From Marsupella aquatica (lineage: Eukaryota; Plantae; Marchantiophyta), in assembly GCA_973895155.1 (NCBI GenBank), contig OZ316894.1, positions 2,248,457 through 2,312,456 on the forward strand: DNA of 64,000 nt. The letters run 5' to 3'. Shown piece by piece: positions 33,889 to 45,962 of the stretch. The notes under the pieces were generated by a model that was given only the letters and a program-made list of their open reading frames with translations, did not search any database and was not told where the DNA came from. The translations under genes were made by a program, and so were the position numbers. Numbering within the stretch: the first letter of the stretch is position 1; each line of letters opens with the position of its first letter.

Positions 33889-36800
33889 TGTGGTGCGTCC
33901 CATGGCTCCCTAAACCCAAGAAACCCCCCAGCTCAAGCTGATTCCCGCAGGTTTCGTGCTTGGCGAGGCCGTTTCCGCGGCTTAGCGGCATGGGACGCTG
34001 CTAACCTTCTACTACTACTATTAACATTTTACACACATATACTGGACAGATCCTTCATCGGGTCATGAGATACGTAGCCGGCCTAATATAGGCCTTCCCC
34101 TGTCTTCCCCTGTCTTCCCCTCCGTCTTGTTAGGTATGTTTGGATTCCGCCGCCGGAATGATCCCCAATAGGCTTGGTTAAGCCGCTAAGACCTCTCTCA
34201 GCTCGACACATCCAACTCTCACTCCCCTGCTTACTTTCCTTCCTTCTGTTGATGTGGGCACTCTTCACACAAGTTAATGCGACACACAAATAGCAAAATG
34301 ACTCATTCTGACTGAGTCATACCATGCACTTGCCATACAAACAGTACATCTCATACACAAGTTCTGCGAACTAAGCCGTGAGGCCAACTCTATTCAGCTC
34401 TTAAGCATGAGGAAACATGAATATACACAAGGGTCACTGTATGACTAACCGAGAGCTTCTCGTACTACTTGATCCTAGCCCGGCTGGTGCAAACTAAAAA
34501 CTTGCTAAAGAAGAGGCCCTGAGCTCCCCGCTGCCCAGGTACTTATCCTGGTAGTGGATCCGCCATTCTTTGCATCGTAAGCCTAATCTACCTGACAGTA
34601 ATCTACTTGCCCGAATCTACCTATGTACAGCAAGGCAGGAGCACAAGTGTTGCTCCTACCAGTGGAACCGCAATCCCACTAAGCTAAGTGTCAGGGCCGC
34701 TCCTGGTTCTGATCCTAATCCTAAACGTGGAGATCCACGCCCGCCCTGCCCACTCACGCCTCCTCCCTCCACGTCCGCCCTCCCTAAAAGGAACGGCGCC
34801 CTTGCACCGTCACGACGCCGGTGGTGGATCCTTAATGGACGCCCCCAACGCTTCCTCCTCAGCCACTGCCGTAGGTTCATTCTCTGACAGATTACCTGCC
34901 CTTGACTGAGTCAACTCTCCATCGGCCTGACTGGGTCCACCTTCGGCTTCAGCCTCGACACCGGCCTCGGCAATACCCACGACTTCGGCCTCAGCCACTC
35001 CCACGGCTTCGGCTTCAGCCACTCCCTCGGCTTCGGCCTCCCCTTCCCCTAGGGTAGTTGGATCCTTAGCCGTGACCCTGTCTGGGGTCGGTGCTGGGTC
35101 TACCTCCTTGATCACCACGGCCTGTGAAGTCGTATTACTCCTTGACCCTGAAGGTTTCCGCTTCTTCTTCGTTGGTGGCTCGGCAGCTGGTCCCTTCCCC
35201 TTCCCACTTACTTCCGGCACTAGTGCAGGTGGCGCGGCTTGTCCTTCGGCAATTACCACCCCTGGTAACTGGTTTGTCCCAACGGGAGATGGACCTGCTG
35301 CAGCTAAGCATTTAAATACTGCGGCTTGTTTCTTCAGCCGCTCTGTTTGGTTGTCGGCCCGCCGCTGTAGGTTCTCCATCTTCCTCGTGATTTCCTCCAA
35401 CTCCTCTTGGGTTTCATCCAGGTCCTTACGTGCCCCCTCCAGCTCGTTTTTGGCCTCCTCCTGCTCCCTGTGGGCTTCCTCCAATTCCTTCTTCAAGGTA
35501 GCCCTCTCCTCCTGGGTTGCTCTTAGCTCCTTGTCGAGCTCTGCAATGATGACAGACTCCATCTGGTTCATCTTGGCGTAAGTCTGTTCGAGTATCTCGT
35601 CCTTCTCCCTTAGGTCGGCCTTGAAGCTGGCCGTCAGGGACGCAAGCTCCTGCTGCAGCGCCATAATCCCTTGATAGGATTTCCCTAACTCGACCTCCTT
35701 CTGCTCAAGGGCTTCGCGGATTTTCTCGAGCTCCCCTTTCAACGCCCATTCCTTTCTTTGGGTCTCCGCCATGGCCCGGCTGTTGGCTGTTATGTGGGCC
35801 TCCTCTGTATTCTTCAGCTCTTGCTTCCACTTCTCCCTCTCTTTGATCGTGTCGGCCAACTCTTCCTGCGTCTGAGTCAGTTTATCCTTGATATTCTGAT
35901 TATCAGCCTGCGCGGTGTCCAACTGCCCCTGCATGATGTTCAGCTCATGTCGTTTAATCCGCAGTTCATCTTGGGCTTTCTTGGCCGCCCTTAGATCTTC
36001 AATCTCGGCTTCCATCCTCCTAAGCCGCCGAATGACCTCGTCCTTCTTGCTTCTCTCTAAAGCCACCGCTTCTTCTAATTGGTGCTTCTCCAACTGCTCC
36101 CTCTGGAAAAAGGGTCCTACCTCCAACTCCTCTCCAAAGATGCCGAGCGCAAGTTCCCCACACATCTCACCATACTCCATGGCTCTATTCTTAGCGTAGG
36201 TGGAGTAAGTAGAAGTGATCGGCATCGCCCATCGTGGCCTCTGCTCCCAAGCCGTCCTGCGGATCTCTTCAATCGTGGCTAGAGGTTTGCTTCCTTTTTC
36301 GGCTAGCCGCCTGATGTCCTCCGGCCAATCTCCTCCTGGTAAATCCTTTTCCTTAGCCAGGGCGGCCTCTTCCTCCTGCTTGATTCGCTCCTGAAATTCC
36401 TGCACCGTCTGTTTTATGCCGTCGAAGCTCGGGGGAGCAACATCTGGTGGGGGAGACTCAGGGCTACTCTGCTAGTTGGGGTCCCCTCGCACTACCCTTG
36501 GAAGTGTGGGGACAAACCGGCCACAGGTCCTTACTCCTGGAACGTGATGGTCCGACCCATAGCCGGAATTATCATGGCTGCAGTCCTCCACTGCCTCCTC
36601 TACCTCTTGGACGTCCGGCTTCTCCCTCTCCTCTTCGTCGGTAGGAGCTTCAGGCAATTCTGCCTCAGATTCGGAGCTTGAGGTTCCCACGTACATTCGA
36701 ACACCTGGCTTGGATTCCGGCCTGATTCTCTCCTTGTCTCCAGCAAAGGGGTTTTCTCTTGTGAGCCGGTGTAGGCCTACCTCTGTAGTAGTGTCCTGCA

Positions 36801-38548
36801 TTGTTGCCGTTGCCGTTGTTGTTGCCGATGCCGATTTCTTTTCTTTCTCCAGTAGTTTCAGCAGACTCTGCATGCCTGGTTGCTGCATCGGCAAGTCTTC
36901 CTTCCTGGGCCTAAACACCTGCTCGATCGTAGGACTAATAGGTGGTTGAGGCTTCTCAGCCAACGGCCTCGGCGTTGGAGCTTCCTCGGGTGCCCTTACC
37001 TGCAGGGGAAGTACCGGGGCAAAAGTCTGACCTCTGGCATACCGGCACAACAGCGGCATGTGATAGCCAAGCCGCGACACGCTCCCCATGCCGATTACCT
37101 GCTGCTCCTCCTTTAAGATCTTCTTCAATTGGTTGAGGAGGTACCCGTTGTAGTCCCAGCTTGGGTCTGGCCTTTCTGCCAGATAGACCTGTGCCTTGCC
37201 GATCTCTGCCCTCGGCAAGTTACAATGCATGGTCACCCGCAAGAAGTCGATCATCTCTCCTATGTGCGGGTTGGTGCAGGTGTTCCGGAAGAAGCCATTC
37301 TTCGTTGATGGCCCGGGGAACGACCGGAACTCTTTGTCAGGCAGGGTCTTCCTGGTATCAACTTTGGTCTTATTGCCTATCGGCAGGCCAAACACTTCGG
37401 CAATTACCTTGGGAGTAAGATAGAAATCCTTCCCATATATCCTCGTGCAATTGGTCTCGGGTTCCCATGACCCCACGAATTCTAATAGGTCTGACTCCGG
37501 TACCTCCGGCTTCAGCCATGGTAATCTTACAAAGGCCTCCAAGCCGGATCCGGCCATGAAGCCTTGGTACTTCTTGGTCTGCATGGCCGTAAAGCATGCA
37601 TCCTCCTCCCGTGCAAAATGTAGTTGCACCTCCACCGGTAGGGTTGCCGCCCAGCCCTTCCAGGTGTCATCCCTGGTTGGAATGGCCTTGATGGGATCGA
37701 CCTCCTCCTCTTCGGCTTCTCCCTGCCTCCTGCTCTGCTGCTCGGCTGGCCTCTTTGGTGCCGCCGACCTCGTTCTTTTTGCCGGGGTGGCTTCATCGTT
37801 GACGGCCCCCTTCCTCTTCATCTCTGCTGCCGTGGAGGTTTCTCCTAGCACCATTGCCTGGGTCCACCTTTCCGTGCTACCCTTTAATTCCCAGTGTATG
37901 TCGTTGCAGTTCTTGATGGCCTCTCGGATGCCAACGACGCTGTCTTTGCAAAACAGAAGATCGTCGAGTTGATTGGAAGTAGGCGTCCACAGGAACTCGT
38001 CCTTGATGAGTTCGCCTCCTAAGAAAGCCGTCTTCTGCTGCTCCCACAATCGAGCGAGCTCCTGCCGTTCTCGAGCTGCCCTTTCTGATTCCTCGTCCTC
38101 GTAAGTCTTGATGTACTCAGTTGCCCGTTCGAACAGGCATCCCCAGAAATGTGCCGCTTGATTGACGTTGCTCATACCCTCCTTAGGTTGATCGTCGGTA
38201 TCTACTCTCTCCCCGAGTGCTTGCCTAAGCAGCTGACAGTAGTTGGCCTCCCGTAGTCGTCTGCCTAGTTCGTGCTCGCAAATGAGCCACCATCTCCTGC
38301 AAGCGCTCCTTACCCCTCTCCTCTGCCGGTCCTTCTTCCCGTTGATCCTTCCTAGCCGCCGACGCTTAACGCGCCCTAACCCTAATCGGGTTTTCACCCT
38401 CAACCTTACCTCCGGCCTCTGCCCGGGTTCCATGGTTGCCCCTAATTGTTTATATTTTCCTTGTTTTGTCCCTATACTAAGGTGTTCCTAGGGTGCCTTC
38501 CTGCTTTACCCACTTAACCGGCCGAGTGATTCCTGTCTAGGCATCACA
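33889..38548 (-). repeat. 5' LTR (4,660 bp)
   Basis: Direct repeat of 23007-27666, followed on the element strand by the PBS and gag. Confidence 0.97.
34810..38433 (-). pseudogene. LTR-encoded PMD-like + coiled-coil protein, 5' LTR copy; CAG>TAG at 36472-36474
   Basis: Same gene as 23928-27551. The 653-aa and 531-aa ORFs are in one frame, separated by a single stop that the other LTR lacks. Confidence 0.8.
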
Positions 38549-40039
38549 GGACACAATCAATCCTCATTCTCTTGTGAGTGGAGAATGAGTTTAAAGACAA
38601 CAAGAGGCCATAACATTGCCTCCACCTACAATGTATGTCATTATTGAGGTGGACTTACCAAATGTGAACTCCAATCTCTGCCCACAAGAACAACTCCTTG
38701 CGACTCTTTCGCGCGTCCACAGATTGTCTTACTGACAATGCCAATGCAAAAAAGGGCCCGATCGCTGTTGCAACCACGATGATCCACCTCACGCTAGATA
38801 GTTGGCCTTCAAGATCACTCCCCACTTTTTCGCAGCTCCTCAGTTCTACGTCGCAGCTCCCCGATCCTCCACAACCCCTTGTCCACGGCAGTGCTGCAAC
38901 AAAATAAGCTCCTGGTCGCAGCTCCTCAGTTATTGGTCACAACTGCAACAACATAAGCTCATAGTAAGTCGGCCTAAACCCACAGCTCAGTCCTCCAATG
39001 ACAAAATACCTAAACCTTGGCCCAAATGCGAGCTCCCGATAGTATTCAGACCTTGCAGCATTCAACTGGAAGCGCACAATGGAGAAGAGCTTGAAGGTCG
39101 CACACCTGACAAAATCAATCACGGATTGATCTACGAGCTGGATATTGGAGTCTGTGTCTCTCGTCCGAGGCTTCCGATCATCTGCTCTAGTCCAAAGCTC
39201 CCAAAAGTATAGAGGGCAGATGTACACTCAAGCACGACAAGCGGGAGTGAAGTCCGTAAAGCTCCTCGCCCTAAACGATGGTTGTTGGTAAGCACAATGG
39301 ACATCCAAGTTTTTCCTTGACAAAAACCTCTGAGTTCCCGCGCACCTTCAACTCCCATTTGCACTCTGCTGGTGTGTTTCCTGTTGAAAAACCCGCGCAC
39401 CCTAAACTCGTATCCAAAGGCAACGCACAATGCATACCTTAACACTTAGTGAGAGAACTTAACCCAGTGACACTCGACCACTTTGCGTTGACATGAGCTG
39501 TAAACCCTAAAGAAAATTTGACACAACACAATATGAGCAAAGATTAAATGAACGCACAGGGCTAGGATTAACCTTACAATAGCCTTGTTGCATGCTCATT
39601 AATTAAGAGCACAAATGATGAGCCTAAAAGAAAACTAATGCTATCTAAGATCAAGCCTTCTTCATATGCATATATATACATATATATATATAGCATGCAA
39701 AAATATAGTAGTTGGACATCCAATGTTCTATGGCTGGTATAGAGGGTAGGACAAGTGGTAAAGATGGAGAAAATTAGAGACTGACTACAAAAAGCATTAA
39801 GTTAGGTTAATAACAAGGTTTGACAAAGCCGGCCTGCTCTCGGTTTGAACGGGGCTGAGGCTTCATTGTGTCTAAATGGGGTCAGGAGTAATTATGGTTT
39901 AGAATGGTATGACTAAACTATTATTAAATTGATGTGGAATGACATATGGTGTATCCAAAATCATATGTATATGGTCGCGGATCCCATACTTTAAGGTTTA
40001 AGGGTTCAAATGTAGTGGTCTCATAAGTTGTACTCTAAT

Positions 40040-40220
40040 GTAGAGTCACTTGTATAACTTCACCCTAATTGCCTTAACTAAGTTATAGTTGCAACTTACC
40101 TAAAAGTTGTAAACATGACTTGGCAAAACTTCACCAAAACTCAGTCAAGAAGGTGTGACTAACATGACACCAACAACCTTGGAGTCGCTATTTCATGAAG
40201 GTCTTGGACAAGTCACACAT
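40040..40220. repeat. CACTA right subterminal repeat region
   Basis: AGTCAC/GTGACT/ATGACT motifs recur next to the right TIR. Confidence 0.55.
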
Positions 40221-40536
40221 CTCCAGGTCTCAAAACGGGCCGGTTTCTTCTAGTGCGGGCCTGCATATATCATTACCTGGTTGGGGGCCACAAGTAGCAT
40301 TGCACTAGTGCTTTGTAAAACAACGCCTAAAAACCCTTAACCTATGTTTGAACCCAAGCAGCTCAGGTTCGAACACCTCCAGAACACGGGAGCGCGCCGC
40401 GGCTCTGCAGACTTTGACGAAAGACAACGGCAAACAAGCGCCAGCATCCTCATCCTCCATAGCTTGTGGCCCTTGAAGCTTTTGTACGCGGTTGCAATCA
40501 AATTATTGTTTCAATTCAATAGCTACGATTTCTCCC

Positions 40537-41861
40537 ATGGACCGTCGTGAAGCATGGGGACAGAATTTGCAGTCGCAAATCGAGGCTGAGCTTAATTTAA
40601 TGGAGGATGAACAGGAATTTTGGGAGAAGGCCATATTGACAGGCCCCTTGTCTCTCAAAGGGCTCGGTACATTAAAGCAAAGGAGCGCAAACGAGGCGGT
40701 GGATCAGTGCCTGGGAAGAGACCCAATAAAGATCGAAAAAGAGAGCGGGGACATCAAGTAATCTGGGACGATTATTTTGCAGAGGATTGTACGTGTGACA
40801 ATAGGGATTTTAGACGTAGGTTTAGGATGACAAGAAGATTGTTTCTGAAAATTCACCAGGCAGTTTGTGCTCATGATGACTTCTTTCAGCAGAGGCGAGA
40901 TGCTGCCAATAAAATTGGGCTATCTGGTCTCCAGAAAATCACAGCTGTTCTCCGGCAATTGGCATTTGGAATTGGTGCAGATGCTATAGACCAGTATTGT
41001 AGACTTGGAGAATCCACAACAAGGAAGTCATTGTATAGGTTTTGCTTGGCAATTCGGCAACTGTACAAGGAGAAGTACTTGAGGAAGCCAGATAGAAGTG
41101 ACTTCCTACGATTGTTGGCTGTTAATGAGAGCAGAGGATTCCTTGGAATGTTTGCCTCGCTAGATTGCATGCACTGTGAGTGGAAAAATTGCCCTGTGGC
41201 TTGGCAAGGGCAATTCATAGACAAAGATGGCAACAAATCAATAGTCCTGGAAGCAATTGCAGATCAAGAACTATGGATTTGACATGCATTCTTTGGCTTG
41301 CCTGGTGGGAACAATGACTTAAATGTACTAGACCGATCTCCTTTGGTGAATGACATATTGCACCAACACTCTGAGCAGCTGAACTATGACATCAATTGCA
41401 CACAGTACAAGAGAGCTTACCTTCTGGTTGATGGCATTTATCCCAAGTGGTCCTGTTTTGTCACAACTTTTCACAAGCCCCAAACACAGAAGAAGTGTTT
41501 TTTTGCCAAGTGCCAAGAGGCTGCCAGAAAAGATGTGGAGAGAGTCTTTGGGGTTCTTCAAGCCAGATGGGGAATCGTGAGGCAACCAGCAAAATCTTGG
41601 CATCTTGAGCGAGTGCATACAATTCTGATGGCTTGCATTGTCCTTCACAACATGATTATTGAGGACGAGAGAGGGGATGAACATGAAGATTTTAGAATTG
41701 AGGCTGGTCCTTTATTGGCTGTGCAGAGAGGAAGAATGTCATGGAGAGACTACCTAGCTGCCACAAGAGACCTCGAGAATGCAGGCAGTTGGAATGCTCT
41801 CAGAAATGACTTGATGGAACATCTGTGGAAGCAAAAGGGTGACATTCGATTGGAGGAGTAG
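40537..41861 (+). pseudogene. Harbinger/Pong DDE transposase with a frameshift (~40650) and a premature TGA (41280-41282)
   Basis: DYF...FRRRFRM, GLSGLQK.TA.LRQLA.G, SLDCMH..WKNCP.AWQGQ, LEAIADQELWI*HAFFG.PG.NNDLNVLD.SP, YLLVDGIYPKW, QEAARKDVERVFGVLQARW, ACIVLHNMIIEDE. Confidence 0.93.
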
Positions 41862-42892
41862 TCAAGAAAAGATTTCAGATAGTACATCCAGAATATACGA
41901 GGGGAACTTCGTGTGTAGAAAATGAGCAATAAAGTGCCACAATTTTATTTCAGCTTTGTGTCCACAAAATTGAGATCTCTGAACCTGAACTTAGTACAAT
42001 GAAAATGTTTCAGAGTCTCAATGCTACCTAGCGATGAAGGCTGAATCCTACAAAGCATATGATTGGCAGTCCATTCGCTCATAGGAAGGGGATCTCTGCA
42101 TGAAACAAACTGAATATAAGCCCACAATGTTCACAGTTTAATGAGATAGTCTTGTACAGAAAAAAATCTTGATACAAATGGTACATACCCTGAAGCTTTG
42201 CTCAAGTGTCAAGCTTATCGTCTTCCTCATTGTCACCCTTGTCTTCCATGCGAAGGAGCGCTTGCTCAAATGAATTGGCTGCCCATTCATTCAACACAAA
42301 ATGTACTCTAGGGGTCTGTTGCCTTGTCTGCTGTGGGGCCTTCCCTTTGGCAATTGGAGTTGTCTTACTCACTCTGGGCTTGACAATGGAGGGGCATGGC
42401 TTCGAATGTGCAGTTGAGCTTTCAGAGCTGGATGTTGACATGCTTCCTTGATGGCTGAATCAGTAGCGCTCCCAACCCAAAAAATGAGTCTACGGCTACA
42501 GAACAAAGACATGCGAGCTTCCAAAATGAGTAGAAGACAATGCAAGCTCCCACAATTTTAGGCAAAATAAGACGTAAGTTGCAGGCCTCGCGAGCTTCCC
42601 AAGACAATAGTGTCCACATCAGGTCACACTAATTTCTGCAGGGTTCACATCAGATCACATGTATGTGCATACAGAGGTTTGTACCGTGGGAGACAAGTCC
42701 ATAAATCCCTGACATTGCAGTACCAAACAGGACCTTGTACACGCGAGTTGAATTGGACACGAATTTTGGACTAGTCCAACAAATGAAGTCACAATTTATG
42801 AAACTATGTCCACTTTATTAAATTCCAAATTTTCAAGAGTACATACACATGAAGCAATGTGACAAGTAAAATACTCTAGCAATTATGTCAAA

Positions 42893-43835
42893 CTACAGGG
42901 GGGATGGAGGGTCAATTTCATCTATAGGTGAAGAGTCTTCATCGTTGGGCAGTGGAGTTTGAAGCGAACTCCTAGACGCCCTGGGTGGCAATGGGGAGGG
43001 TACTGGAATGGTCCCCAGAGAGATCCTATCTCTTAATTTGGTCATCTGGTCCTTCCTCCATAAAGTCAAAAAATCCAACGTCTCACTGTCAAGGTGCTCA
43101 GTTGGCATGGTGAGCATATTCATGAAGGTTTGGCTCTCCAGAACCCTCAAACGCTGCACACCTGTTTCAGCCATCACCTTCTGAGCTTGGGCAGCCATCT
43201 TGAAAGCATCCTCATGAACTTTCATTTTATTGGCATTCTCTTTTGCAAGCTTGCTTCCAAGGGGTCTCTTGCTCGAATTTCCGTGGGAGCTGTCTTGCTC
43301 ATTTTGCTCAATTTCTACTTCAGATTGAACATTGTTTGCCCCCTCGTCTGAGAGACTTGTGTACTTCTCTCCTTGCTCATTGCTTGGTGTCCCCACTGGC
43401 TTCCGTTTGCCATTTCCCTTTGACATCTGGTCTTCTGGCAGCATCCACCTTTGGCAGTCCTTGAGAATGTCGTAGCACACCGAAAAAGAAAACTCCTAAC
43501 TTGCCCTTCGAATGTCGAGTCTTGTACAGTTCTTTCGCCTTGATCAAGGTGTCCTCGTTGTTGGTGCCAGAAATGTCAAGATCTTCAACACTTTTGTGGC
43601 ACCCAATAAAACAAGTTGTGGCCTTCCGCACATCACCCCACTTGCTCTCGAGGGATTTTGCGGTCCTACTCTCAAGACCTCGAGGTTTATTTATGTCGTA
43701 ATGCTCCCCGATGCGTTCCCAGAAATTCTCTCTCTTTTGCCCAGACCCAACACATGGGTCTTGAGAAATCTCCAAGTATGAATAGCAGAGTTGCTTTAAT
43801 TCTGGTGGACTGAAGTTCTTCCCTCGCTGGGCCAT
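42893..43835 (-). pseudogene. Harbinger Myb/SANT-like (NAM-associated-type) accessory protein with a frameshift near 43485
   Basis: RGKNFS..E...LC.SYL.ISQDP.VG.GQK...FWERI...Y......RT.KSL..KW, SG.N.ED...KA..LY, then CYDILKDCQRW and KRPLGSKLAKE. It converges on the transposase gene. Confidence 0.85.
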
Positions 43836-45867
43836 GTCGTCAGATCACACAATGCACGCGATCTCTGTGCACTGTCCCTGTACTTCAGAAATTGGGAGTT
43901 GGGACCACAAGCTTTGTGTTGGCGCAAACCGTGTGTACTCTGCAATGACAATCGCTACAGTGCACCTCGACAAGCTTGGCAGAGGACTGGACTCAAATGT
44001 GCAGACTCTGGCGCGAAGTTCATAAAAGTGGGGGAATGTTGTAGGAGTCCTGGGATGTTGACATGTGGCACAAGCAGCATCGTAGATGACCTTTGCCAGC
44101 ACTGGCAAAAGGAGAATGCAGACCTGGAAAAAAGCCAAGTATTCCGGTCGGCAAAACTTTGCGCGCTGCGAAAGGCAAAAAGTTTAGGCGTGCCTAGCAC
44201 CGGTGCAACCGAAAAACGCTTCGCACCGGCATATGTTGCAAAATGCCAGCCAGAAGCAGGATGGAGAGCACCGATGCGGATGCTCTGAATCATGTGTTGC
44301 ACCTGATATGTTATTTTTGTGTAAGTTAAAGCCCTGAGCAAAGATTGAGATTGTCAATTACCTACTTTCAAAAAAGTGGTGCACTTTAAATTTCATTTTT
44401 CTTTCACAATGACTTTATTTGGTGACAAGTATATCACTCCAAACAATCAACTTAGGAAATTACTTTGTAGACCCCCAAGCTATTTTGTTTGCTAAGGGTC
44501 TACAACGTAGGACAAAGTTCAACGGAGCTTGTTCTTTGCAGGCTCATTGTTGGTAATCCTTTAAACTTTTGTACAATGCAATGTGTCTATTGGTGAGTAA
44601 ATGTAAATTTTAGGAAAATGAATGTGTTGGGATTGATTTTGAGTTCTAGATGTACCTAGTTGACTTGCAATTAACTTTGTGAAGTGTTCTTCATGTGTGC
44701 ATGGTCTGGGCATGTTGGCATGCACAAGGATCACTCACTTGCACAAACATTCCAGTTCCTTTCCCTCGCATATTAAGTTTACTTCCGACACATGCGCAAG
44801 GCAGGATTTAACTACAATAGAACAGGTACTTGATAATTGCTTTGCAGCAGTTGTGCCATTTTTCATCCGTTGCCAAAGGCATTACTAGGAAAACATTACA
44901 ATTCAGCTAGTCATAGAACTTTGGATAACCAGGGTCAATGGTTGTTTTACAACTTCAGAGCAAATTCAAGGTACATTGTGAAAATAAGCTCTCGAGTCAC
45001 CTTAAGAAACTAAAGCAATTTGAAAATTAAAGTACTTGGGAACAATGTGTCAGGCTAATTCTCATTGATCTTTGGCAAAGTCCCAATTGCTTTCAACAAG
45101 TGTTGGAAACCAGTCAACAGTGGCCTAGAGGATAACACAATGCACTACACCAACTGAGAGAAGAAACAGGTGCAGTTGTAACTTCAACTGATTCCATCCA
45201 ATTGCAGGAATACACAACCAAAGCATATTAAGTGCTTGAATCAGGTGCAAAATTCACCGTTAGCCTTCAATACTAATCCAATCATGCTCAATACACACTC
45301 CTGATGATTCTCCTGAGTCCAAGACTCTTATGATCATGCTAAAAAACCACTCATTGCACAGAATTTTCCCTGTTTGGCGCCAAAATGGCGTTCACCCAAG
45401 TTCCATAGAATGTTGACAGAGCTCCATCTATCCAATTGTAAAGAGGGTGTCCGAAGTACTTTGTTCCAAAACTTGCTCTAGTAGGGATGTGCATTAGCTT
45501 TGACTTAGTCAGGTTTGCTATTTGTTTCGTGTAATTGTGACAAACCAAGCGATGGGCATTTACCTTAGCTTTTTCAGGTTTGGTAACTATTTTGACTCGA
45601 TCCAGGGTGTGGCAGCCAATAAACTGTGGGTTGTTGTTTACTGTCAAACACCAACGTATCTTTTTTTCATCTTATTATTATTATTGTAGAAACTCTTTAA
45701 TGTAATAAAATTGAATTATTTTACTTTCCTGAAAATAACAAAAGTAACTAAAGTTACGTCTTAAATAAATTTGTCTTGCCCTCTGTGTTGATTTGTTTTT
45801 ATTTTTATGTCTTGTTTTGATTGTTTCTATGCATTGTTTTGAAGCGTGACGACCAAAAAAGTTCGAA

Positions 45868-45962
45868 GGTAGCAGTTATTTTGATTCCCAATACGAGTAG
45901 TCATGTTTGCTCTGGTAGCAGTTATTTTGATTCCCAATAAGAGTAATCATGTTTGCTCTGGT
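45868..45962 (+). repeat. Tandem duplication, 46 bp x2
   Basis: GGTAGCAGTTATTTTGATTCCCAATA.GAGTA.TCATGTTTGCTCT at 45868 and 45914. Confidence 0.9.

Larger units (their letters stand above)
23007..38548 (-). mobile_element. Ty3/Gypsy non-chromovirus LTR retrotransposon, 15,542 bp, coding-defective
   Basis: TG...CA termini (TGTGGTGC / GCATCACA) and 5-bp TSD GGACA at 23002-23006 and 38549-38553. Two 4,660-bp LTRs. Domain order is gag-PR-RT-RH-INT, with no chromodomain seen. Confidence 0.97.
7263..40255 (-). mobile_element. CACTA/En-Spm DNA transposon, ~17.4 kb without the nested retrotransposon
   Basis: TIR CACTAGAAGAATCCG at 7263 matches CGGTTTCTTCTAGTG at 40241-40255 (14/15). 3-bp TSD CGG at 7260-7262 and 40256-40258. 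TnpD-like and TnpA-like genes lie on the minus strand. Confidence 0.95.
7199..44285. mobile_element. PIF/Harbinger (Pong-like) DNA transposon, ~4.1 kb once the nested CACTA is removed
   Basis: TIR GAGCATCCGCACCGGT at 7199 matches ACCGATGCGGATGCTC ending at 44285 (15/16). TSD TGA at 7196-7198 and 44286-44288. Contains DDE transposase and Myb/SANT-like genes at 40537-43835. Confidence 0.9.

Noticed and set aside
33889-38548. The 4.66-kb direct repeat as an assembly artefact or segmental duplication
   Set aside because: It has TG..CA ends, a PBS and PPT at the inner edges, a 5-bp TSD outside, and transition-only differences, all of which fit true LTRs.
38937-39445. Short minus-strand ORFs (96 and 104 aa) near the CACTA right end as further cargo genes
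   Set aside because: No recognisable motif and too short to support without a search.
39660-39695. (TA)n-rich tract
   Set aside because: Ordinary short microsatellite.
40305-40310. CACTAGTG near 40304-40311 as an alternative CACTA terminus
   Set aside because: It has no extended TIR match or TSD. The end at 40255 has both.
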